A DNA stretch of 59,539 bases, from the IMG/VR virus record IMGVR_UViG_3300021092_000047, positions 1 to 59,539 of that record; one strand, written 5' to 3'. Under the pieces are notes generated by a model. It was not told the origin of the DNA. It saw only the letters and a program-made list of their open reading frames with translations, and did not search any database. Source of the DNA: a virus. Lineage: Duplodnaviria > Caudoviricetes. Position numbers and translations under genes: made by a program. This document shows positions 18,630 to 24,662 of this stretch, in pieces. The first letter of the stretch is position 1; each line of letters starts with the position of its first letter.

Positions 18630-18913
18630 AGCAAGTCCTCCGCGACAAAGCAGGCTGCCTCAGTGTCCCAGTTGAGGGTCCTGGGACGGCCGTGGGTTCT
18701 GAGGAGCTCCTCGTGGAGGAGCAGAAGCTCCTCCGGAGAGAGCGTGTCAACCACACTCTCCTCAACCCCGACCAACTCAGGTCGGGCTTGAGGAGATTCA
18801 ACTTGAAATCCGTCGTTGAGGAGCGACGGATGTTGTTTCATGATCTTGCGACTGCGGATCAACCGCCGCGCAAAATCCGCGTTGTAAAACGCGGCGTTGG
18901 AGACGCTACTCAT
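18623..18913 (-). CDS. hypothetical protein
   Basis: AAGGA RBS; coupled to csrA. Confidence 0.6.
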   Translation of the reverse strand: MSSVSNAAFYNADFARRLIRSRKIMKQHPSLLNDGFQVESPQARPELVGVEESVVDTLSPEELLLLHEELLRTHGRPRTLNWDTEAACFVAEDLLC

Positions 18914-19006
18914 ATCGTTTCCTTAAAATGGTAGAGACATGGTCGCTACCAGGCTGCGTAACAGGAGACACCTACATTGGCGCCTCCAGGACAAACCTCG
19001 CCGCGG

Positions 19007-19108
19007 TCAACCGCGGCGAGACCACACGTAGTCGACCAGCGCGGTGCCGGTCAACATAAACCCCACCGTGCAGAGCACGGTGAGGCAACATGTTTCTATG
19101 CAACACAT
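19007..19108 (-). CDS. cassette cargo: 33-aa Cys-rich hydrophobic peptide
   Basis: AGGAG-8nt-ATG; MCCIETCCLTVLCTVGFMLTGTALVDYVWSRRG; stop sits in the loop of a perfect 10-bp hairpin (18997-19020). Confidence 0.55.
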   Translation of the reverse strand: MCCIETCCLTVLCTVGFMLTGTALVDYVWSRRG

Positions 19109-19141
19109 CAGCCTTACTCCTGTGAATGTTGTGAATGAAAA

Positions 19142-19175
19142 GAGCCCTTGGACCATTCACGAATCCGACGGGCTC
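19142..19175 (-). promoter_or_regulatory. repeat leader hairpin (H)
   Basis: GAGCCC...GGAUUCGUGAAUGGUCC...GGGCUC UUUU CAUUCAC. Confidence 0.7.
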
Positions 19176-19180
19176 ATTTT

Positions 19181-19237
19181 GTGTCCTCTGCATTTATCAG
19201 GGCTTGGAACCTGCACCTTGCGGTGGCTGCATTACAC
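19181..19237 (-). ncRNA. twister ribozyme (type P1)
   Basis: GUG UAA UGCA GC CACC-GCAA-GGUG CAGG U UCC AAGC CCUG AUAAA UGCA GA GGA CAC: P1, P2, P3, P4 and both pseudoknots (UCC/GGA, GC/GC); predicted cut U19234/A19233. Confidence 0.9.
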
Positions 19238-19279
19238 GCCGAAGTTTCATCGGCACCCCATTGCGCAGAGTGGGTTTCT
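19238..19279 (-). repeat. repeat module C (two hairpins 5' of ribozyme)
   Basis: AGAAA CCCA..UGGG GU GCCGA-UGAAACU-UCGGC; second copy at 20472-20512. Confidence 0.7.
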
Positions 19280-19484
19280 CCAGGTAGGTAACCTGTATAC
19301 ACGCAGAGTCTAACACTGCGGTATGGGCGATTCATTGCAGAAGATCTGCAATGCTACGGTTCCTCCCCGTACTTTACACCAACGCTACAAACCCATACGC
19401 TAATCCACCGCAGCCGGGTTCCGCTGCGGGCTCGAGGAGACGTACTCCCATCTTCTCGCATTCTCTGACCGCGTCTAAGCCATG

Positions 19485-19730
19485 TCAGCCGGTTGCGACG
19501 ACCGGTGTAAAAAGCCACGGCCTTGTCGCACGCCACTGTTGCAGTTGCTCCTGCCGTTTTAACTCTTTCTCGTGTTTTACGAGAAATATAGGCAAAAGTT
19601 CGAGCAACATAACACCAGCCACGGTGTCACCAGCGGCCACAGCACGTTCCAGTGCTGCCTTACGCTTTACAAGCCTGTAATAAGCCTGTGTCTTTAACGC
19701 TTGTGGGGTCATTGATCTTATTGTTGACAT
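19485..19730 (-). CDS. cassette cargo: hypothetical protein (81 aa)
   Basis: AGGGAG RBS in repeat leader, MSTIRSMT... Confidence 0.65.
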   Translation of the reverse strand: MSTIRSMTPQALKTQAYYRLVKRKAALERAVAAGDTVAGVMLLELLPIFLVKHEKELKRQEQLQQWRATRPWLFTPVVATG

Positions 19731-19765
19731 GTATGATCTCCCTGTGAATGATGTGTGAATGAAAA

Positions 19766-19800
19766 GAGCCCACCGGATCATTCACGAATCCGGTGGGCTC
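19766..19800 (-). promoter_or_regulatory. repeat leader hairpin (H)
   Basis: GAGCCCACCGGAU...AUCCGGUGGGCUC UUUU, compensatory stem changes relative to other copies. Confidence 0.75.
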
Positions 19801-19805
19801 AGCAC

Positions 19806-19862
19806 GTGTCCTCTGCATTTATCAGGGCTTGGAACCTGCACCTTGCGGTGGCTGCATTACAC
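19806..19862 (-). ncRNA. twister ribozyme (type P1)
   Basis: Core identical to 19181-19237, P1 extendable to 6 bp; predicted cut U19859/A19858. Confidence 0.9.
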
Positions 19863-19890
19863 GCGTATGTTTAATGTCCTCGCCAGGACG
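19863..19890 (-). repeat. repeat module B (hairpin + UUAAACA)
   Basis: CGUCCUGGCGAGGACAUUAAACAUACGC; other copies at ~6956-6990, 20574-20607, 22154-22182. Confidence 0.75.
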
Positions 19891-19900
19891 CGCGCACATC

Positions 19901-20335
19901 TCACCGGCAAAACCGGTTGATGTAGATCTCTTTTGTCTGGCGATCCTTCACGCAAATCGTACCGACCTTAAGAGCCTCCTCCAGGAGGCTCTTACCGGTT
20001 TCCCGCTTGGCGTTTCGCAACGCCTCCAGTACGGGAAACGGTATCAACACGATGTCGACCCTGTCGTCATTCTCCAGGTCCATCAGCAGGTTCCAAACCT
20101 GCTCGGACAGCGAGAACTTGGGGACGACCGCGACGATATCGTCGCGGTCCCACATGCCCCAGGGGCGGGTCTCCTCTTCCCGCTCCAGGGCACCGGCTGC
20201 CACCCTGTCGGGCTGGCACGCTTCGAGGACACTGCCGTCCTCGAAGTTAAACGGGTGGGGGGAGCTAAAATTCGCTACCCTGAGTCCGTTGCTGAGGGTA
20301 ACAACGGGCGCTGTTGAAATAACTGCTGTGGACAT
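19901..20335 (-). CDS. cassette cargo: hypothetical protein (144 aa)
   Basis: AAGGA RBS in repeat leader; VANFSSPHPFNFEDGSVL; GC-rich codons. Confidence 0.7.
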   Translation of the reverse strand: MSTAVISTAPVVTLSNGLRVANFSSPHPFNFEDGSVLEACQPDRVAAGALEREEETRPWGMWDRDDIVAVVPKFSLSEQVWNLLMDLENDDRVDIVLIPFPVLEALRNAKRETGKSLLEEALKVGTICVKDRQTKEIYINRFCR

Positions 20336-20370
20336 ATCTCTTTTCCTTGTGAATGAGGTATGAATGTAAA

Positions 20371-20403
20371 GAGCCCTCGGACCATTCACGAATCCGAGGG
20401 CTC
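20371..20403 (-). promoter_or_regulatory. repeat leader hairpin (H)
   Basis: GAGCCCUCGGA...UCCGAGGGCUC UUUA. Confidence 0.75.
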
Positions 20404-20408
20404 CACAT

Positions 20409-20471
20409 GTGTCCTCTGCATTTATCAGGGCTTGGAACCTGCTGTTTTTTTCAGAACAGGCTGCATTACAC
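20409..20471 (-). ncRNA. twister ribozyme (type P1)
   Basis: Same core, P3 replaced by CUGUU-loop-AACAG (covariation); predicted cut U20468/A20467. Confidence 0.9.
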
Positions 20472-20607
20472 GCCGAAGTTTCATCGGCACCCTATTTCCA
20501 CAGTAGGTTTCTGCGTGATTCACAGTGAAGCACAACCCCGCTCTTTTCGTAAGAACGGTTACGCTAGTCCTTACACGCGTGTTTAACGTCCCGCCGGACG
20601 GTGCCGA

Positions 20608-20688
20608 TCATCGGCCATAAATTGCGTAAATTACTAGATACAGATAAGCTGCCACCACCATGGCCTCAGCCAACCGCTTGCCATTCAT
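20608..20688 (-). CDS. cassette cargo: 26-aa single-helix membrane peptide
   Basis: AAGGAG RBS; MNGKRLAEAMVVAAYLYLVIYAIYGR; stop abuts module B as in the 6991 gene. Confidence 0.6.
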   Translation of the reverse strand: MNGKRLAEAMVVAAYLYLVIYAIYGR

Positions 20689-20716
20689 GGTCTTTCTCCT
20701 TGTGAATGAAAAAAAA

Positions 20717-20742
20717 AGCCCTTGGACCATTCACGAATCCAA
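20717..20742 (-). promoter_or_regulatory. truncated leader hairpin (H)
   Basis: UUGGAUUCGUGAAUGGUCCAAGGGC U9; outer 5' arm and ribozyme absent. Confidence 0.65.
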
Positions 20743-20743
20743 A

Positions 20744-21040
20744 TCATAGCCCGTACCACTGACCGGCCATGCCGATCATTATGCGGTGTGAAGCGTCTTT
20801 GTCTTCGGCAAACTTCACAATACCGCAATCCAGGATTTCCCAATTCCGCGTCCCCAAATACACCCCGGCTAGGGTCTTTTGGAACGCTCCGGAGTCGGAC
20901 TGCCACGCGACGTTCTGTAAGTTGGGTGGCGCCGCCGGAGGCGGGAACAAAAACCCAAGGCAGAAGCACGCAACCACCGCGGCTACAACCAAAACCGCCA
21001 CCAATTTAATAATTTCTCGTACGAAAATTACAGCTTCCAT
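20744..21040 (-). CDS. cassette cargo: membrane-anchored protein (98 aa)
   Basis: GGAG RBS; N-terminal TM helix followed by a Pro-rich linker. Confidence 0.7.
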   Translation of the reverse strand: MEAVIFVREIIKLVAVLVVAAVVACFCLGFLFPPPAAPPNLQNVAWQSDSGAFQKTLAGVYLGTRNWEILDCGIVKFAEDKDASHRIMIGMAGQWYGL

Positions 21041-21074
21041 GATCTTTTCTCCGTGTGAATGATGTGAACGAAAA

Positions 21075-21107
21075 GAGCCCTTGGACCATTTATGAATCCA
21101 AGGGCTC
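21075..21107 (-). promoter_or_regulatory. repeat leader hairpin (H)
   Basis: 33-bp copy identical to 21375-21407. Confidence 0.75.
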
Positions 21108-21130
21108 AACATGTCTCAAGCTCAGGCTAT

Positions 21131-21360
21131 GCAATTTCCGGCCTTTCCGCCCCGTCGCTACCCTCCCTCTGACCTGCCGGTCTGAGAGAAGGCAATCGGT
21201 GGCCCGGGCAGGATTCCGACTTGGGGAGTCAACCCAAGTGGATTATCCTACTGTACCGTCCGTACCACCCATGGGCAGAGTATGAACTCAGCATGGTGGC
21301 AACCCGAATCTCAGTGGTGACTAAACCACCTGTCGGCGGGGCGGGAAGACCTGAAACTGC
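21131..21360 (-). ncRNA. putative structured ncRNA (~230 nt)
   Basis: ~27-bp closing stem plus four internal stems, no RBS-led ORF; strand inferred from operon. Confidence 0.6.
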
Positions 21361-21374
21361 CACAACTAGGAAAG

Positions 21375-21407
21375 GAGCCCTTGGACCATTTATGAATCCA
21401 AGGGCTC
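21375..21407 (-). promoter_or_regulatory. repeat leader hairpin (H)
   Basis: Identical to 21075-21107, 300 bp apart. Confidence 0.75.
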
Positions 21408-21414
21408 TAGTGCG

Positions 21415-22047
21415 TTAGGTGGACACTGCTACCTTCACGGTCCAGTACCCACCGCCCATGCCGGGCGCATGGGTCGAGTCCAGAATGCTGGCCCCTTGCG
21501 GAGACAGCACGACTGGGGATTCCCATCCATTTACCTCCCCAGGAGCGACCGTCACGGTCACTCCAGTGGAAGTGGCAGCCGACTTTGGGCTATCCCAAAA
21601 TCCGTCTGCCCGCTGGCGGCGGGTCGGCGAGCCGAAGCATACCACCACGACTTCGACGACACCCCCGGACGCCTCGGCCTCGGCGGCAAACGCCTCCAGG
21701 GCGTCCAACCGCTGAGCTGTCGAGGCAAACTCGGCGCGCACGATCTCGCGCGCAACGGCCAACGGGAGGCCGATCGCGGCGATGAGCTCGCCCCATGAGG
21801 CGAACGAATCGCCCCAAGTTCCATGCATGGGGCTGACGAGCTCGACTGCTCGCACTCCTGGTGCGAGCAGTAGGGTGTAAGTGGTATTGCTCCACTTACC
21901 ACTTTTCTGGTAGTCCGCGGCCGCGATGGCCACGAACCCGGGGATATTCTTGCCTACAAACTTGCAGGCCTCCCCGGCTTTCGTCAGATAAAGCCGGGGG
22001 TACCGGCCTGCCGGGAGCAAACCGTCGTTCCACTTCAGTGTATTCAT
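21415..22047 (-). CDS. cassette cargo: hypothetical protein (210 aa)
   Basis: AAAGGA RBS; much more GC-rich than the backbone; KSGKWSNTTYTL motif. Confidence 0.75.
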   Translation of the reverse strand: MNTLKWNDGLLPAGRYPRLYLTKAGEACKFVGKNIPGFVAIAAADYQKSGKWSNTTYTLLLAPGVRAVELVSPMHGTWGDSFASWGELIAAIGLPLAVAREIVRAEFASTAQRLDALEAFAAEAEASGGVVEVVVVCFGSPTRRQRADGFWDSPKSAATSTGVTVTVAPGEVNGWESPVVLSPQGASILDSTHAPGMGGGYWTVKVAVST

Positions 22048-22079
22048 TTCTTCCGTTCCTTTATGTGGCCGTGGCAGAT

Positions 22080-22156
22080 TGCCGTGGCCTGTGGACTTGG
22101 GACCACCTACCCACGCTGGGTAGGCGCATTACGGCAGCCGAACGGCTGCATTACAC
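22080..22156 (-). ncRNA. twister-like variant/degenerate ribozyme
   Basis: Aborted GUGUAAUGCAGCC start, then UGCCG UAA UGC GC [7-bp P3] GUGG UCCCAAGU CCAC...CGGCA lacking the GA-GGG strand. Confidence 0.5.
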
Positions 22157-22193
22157 GCGTATGTTTAACGTCCCGCCGGACGTACGCTCGAAC

Positions 22194-22649
22194 CTACCGG
22201 TTTAGGCCGTAGGCGTCTACGGTCGCTTTGAGCGCCGCTAACTCCTCAGGCGAAGCTTTTCTCCAATCCTTCCAGTGCTCGGGGAATCGCCGCGACAGCG
22301 CCGTCGCAGCCGGATGCCGACCATACTTCGCCTCGAACAGACGAAGTTTTACCAGCAATAAGCTGGCCACTTCGGGATCCTGCGTCGCGGCTGCCAACCG
22401 CAACAGCCGCCGGATATCGCCCCACGCCGCTTGACTCCATCCCTTCCAGGGCATGCTGCCCTGGTCGTAACATTCAGCCAGGTCGCGCAACACCTGGGGA
22501 TGAGCTTGACAGTAATTGACGAGCACGTACGTGCTGGCATCACCGGGTACTTTAATCCCGTCGCCGTCGCCGTCGGCTGCATTAGCCGCGAGGGAGGACG
22601 GCACGACACCACTCAGAGCAACCAACAACGCTACATAAACAGTCTTAAT
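22194..22649 (-). CDS. cassette cargo: putative secreted protein, apparent ATT start
   Basis: AAGGAGAAAGATC-ATT then KTVYVALLVALSGVVPSSLAANA, signal-peptide-like. Confidence 0.6.
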   Translation of the reverse strand: MKTVYVALLVALSGVVPSSLAANAADGDGDGIKVPGDASTYVLVNYCQAHPQVLRDLAECYDQGSMPWKGWSQAAWGDIRRLLRLAAATQDPEVASLLLVKLRLFEAKYGRHPAATALSRRFPEHWKDWRKASPEELAALKATVDAYGLNR

Positions 22650-22684
22650 GATCTTTCTCCTTGTGAATGAGGTATGAATGTAAA

Positions 22685-22718
22685 GAGCCCGTTGGACCAT
22701 TCACGAATCCAAGGGCTC
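22685..22718 (-). promoter_or_regulatory. repeat leader hairpin (H)
   Basis: GAGCCCUUGGA...UCCAACGGGCUC UUUA CAUUCAU. Confidence 0.75.
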
Positions 22719-22723
22719 CACAT

Positions 22724-22781
22724 GTGTCCTCTGCATTTATCAGGGCTTGGAACCTGCCTCACTGTGAGGGCTGCATTACAC
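22724..22781 (-). ncRNA. twister ribozyme (type P1)
   Basis: Same core, P3 = CCUCA-CAG-UGAGG; predicted cut U22778/A22777. Confidence 0.9.
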
Positions 22782-23470
22782 GCCGCAACTCTATAAAGAC
22801 CCTCACTGATCTTTACGCTTGCGGCAATGTGGTCCTGTAACTGGACCGCTTAGAGAGTGAGCTCTGCATTTTTCTACCTGTATGCTCAGGCTCTTATCGT
22901 AGGAATACGAGCAGTTTCCGCTTGCTAAGCGATCCGGAACTTCCCCGAATTAATTACAGGCCCCTACGCGGTAGCTTTGCGTATCATTTTACGTTTGACA
23001 AAACGCCAGACTCACACTGGGTGTCTTAATCGTTTTTGATCAAAACATCTGCTAACTTTATTTCAGTGGAGTTAGTAACCACGTCGCTTATCATTTAACG
23101 AGGAAGTTCTCCTCGGGACGTTCACTGTTTTTCAGCTTCACCGCAACTCGTAAAAGAATGAGTCGCAGCGCTGGTCAAGACTTCAGTGACTTAGAAGTAG
23201 TGCCAGACAGTTTTTCGTTTTCTGGGGGATTAGTCCAACCCCGAAACTGTGCCATGTGTACTCATACACACCCCACAGTAATGCTTACATCAGATCTCTT
23301 ATAGAAGCAAGAGATCGAGCTAAAGACGACTCAAACGCTAGCCGCCTGCGAATAGTCTAGTGACAAAAAGAACGCGGTTACACGCGGTCACTAGATTACT
23401 CGACTTTAGCCGGTGAAAGTGTTTTTGCTTACACACTTCGTCCGACCAGAGGAGACTTAAGTCTTTCCTC
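22782..23470 (-). ncRNA. putative large structured ncRNA / leader (~690 nt)
   Basis: No ORF of 60 aa or more in any frame; near-continuous tiling by stem-loops; ends at a twister. Confidence 0.5.
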
Positions 23471-23479
23471 ATCTTATTC

Positions 23480-23567
23480 TGACACGTTTTGTATCAGAAT
23501 TTAGATTTGGAATAGGTAGGTTTTGCCTCAATCAATAATGACACGATTTTGATTAAAATTTAGATTT
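23480..23567 (-). promoter_or_regulatory. tandem 29-bp imperfect repeats, candidate promoter/operator
   Basis: 23480-23508 and 23539-23567 share 24/29 nt (minus strand AAATCTAAATT-N11-CGTGTCA). Confidence 0.5.
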
Positions 23568-23577
23568 ATTTGCAGGC

Positions 23578-23880
23578 TTAGAAAGTGTACTCAGTGACGC
23601 GCCCGTTATTAGCAGCGCGAATGCGTACCTTTTCGGCATTCAACATTTTTTTGAGTCGTTGTTTCTTTTCAACACCCATGGCGATTAGAGAGCTCTTGAT
23701 GCCGTTGATAGCGTTGACTCGCCTAGAGCTGCTTCTATTGCAGCGGCCACAACCTGACTTAGTTTTCTCTGCCAGTTTCAAACCGGAAAGAAATGGAAAC
23801 TCTTTAAGAAACGTAGGATTGCCTGCCATTGCGACCAATACTGACTCTTCGATAATCATTAATTTGGTTGGTTCAGCCAT
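23578..23880 (-). CDS. small basic protein with CxxC
   Basis: AAGGAG RBS; SGCGRC. Confidence 0.65.
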   Translation of the reverse strand: MAEPTKLMIIEESVLVAMAGNPTFLKEFPFLSGLKLAEKTKSGCGRCNRSSSRRVNAINGIKSSLIAMGVEKKQRLKKMLNAEKVRIRAANNGRVTEYTF

Positions 23881-23890
23881 GCTTGTCTCC

Positions 23891-24358
23891 TTACAGGCTT
23901 TGAGAGGACTGAGAGGACTCTGATCCTGGATCGGGAGGACCAGGACACCATACGTCTTGAATAGCTTGAAGCTGCGTTAGGCGTTCCATTGCTGAAATTA
24001 AAACACAAACTTCAGATTGTATTTCTGTCCAAATTGAATCTGCTTGTGCTGTAGACGCTACGTCCAACTCGACATAAGGCAAGCGGTAAAAAGGCCAGCT
24101 TTGATCCGGATCAGGCTCACCGGCAGGAATTGCAGCTAACTGTGGCGGTCCGGCGACGGCTTCAAACGTGTCACAAGATTGTTGCGTGTATGGGCTAGGT
24201 AGATTTCGCCGGTAAACAAAAATGTTAGAGTCAATGTCTGGACCTTCTACTGCGGTTACTTCGACTCGCAAACGGTAAGCTCCATAGTTGTTGAAGTTTA
24301 CGGTGTTAGCCGCATATCGCGTTAATCGAATCCGTCGAATGCTCATGCTACTCTCCAT
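23891..24358 (-). CDS. hypothetical (probable virion) protein
   Basis: End of structural operon; Ser-rich C-terminus. Confidence 0.65.
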   Translation of the reverse strand: MESSMSIRRIRLTRYAANTVNFNNYGAYRLRVEVTAVEGPDIDSNIFVYRRNLPSPYTQQSCDTFEAVAGPPQLAAIPAGEPDPDQSWPFYRLPYVELDVASTAQADSIWTEIQSEVCVLISAMERLTQLQAIQDVWCPGPPDPGSESSQSSQSL

Positions 24359-24662
24359 CCCAAATAACAGTTAGACCAGCCCGCGTATGCAGTTGGATGC
24401 GTTCTTTCTGTTTTCGTTTTTGTTGAATGTAATCAATCAACGGCTGCAAACTTTCAGGTTGAGTCTTGGCGCGGCAAGTTAATTCTTCCTGCCATTGATT
24501 ATACAGCGGTTCTCTTGCCAATCTTAGAGTACTTTTATCTTGTTCGGATATTGCAATTAGTTCTTCAGCTTTTTCTCGATACGGCTCAGCCCAGTTGACG
24601 ACTTCCCAGAACAATAGATCATTCCAAAGCTGCATTGTAACATTGTGGTCTAGAATAATCAT
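24348..24662 (-). CDS. hypothetical protein
   Basis: ATGA coupling. Confidence 0.6.
   Translation of the reverse strand: MIILDHNVTMQLWNDLLFWEVVNWAEPYREKAEELIAISEQDKSTLRLAREPLYNQWQEELTCRAKTQPESLQPLIDYIQQKRKQKERIQLHTRAGLTVIWDGE

Noticed and set aside
19238-19279. Hammerhead ribozyme (GAUGA and GAAA present)
   Set aside because: No CUGANGA core and the three stems cannot be arranged around these residues
19354-19536. 60-aa ORF downstream of the 81-aa cargo gene
   Set aside because: No convincing RBS and it overlaps the upstream gene; may be non-coding
19731-19781. Shared N-terminal peptide (RALxIHTSFT) on ORFs 6991-7344, 19485-19781, 19901-20389, 22194-22700
   Set aside because: It is the translated repeat leader; those starts lie in the hairpin loop without an SD, and other cassettes are out of frame with it
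19863-19890. Pistol or hatchet ribozyme (hairpin followed by UUAAA)
   Set aside because: Only this short element matches; the remaining stems and catalytic segments are absent and the sequence runs straight into the twister P1
19118-22781. CRISPR array or integron attC array
   Set aside because: Repeats are 100-200 nt composite RNA structures separated by whole genes; no cas or integrase gene in the window and no attC RYYYAAC/GTTRRRY ends
22826-22850. tRNA-like anticodon stem
   Set aside because: No D arm, TTCGA arm or acceptor stem; no tRNA or rRNA genes recognised in the window
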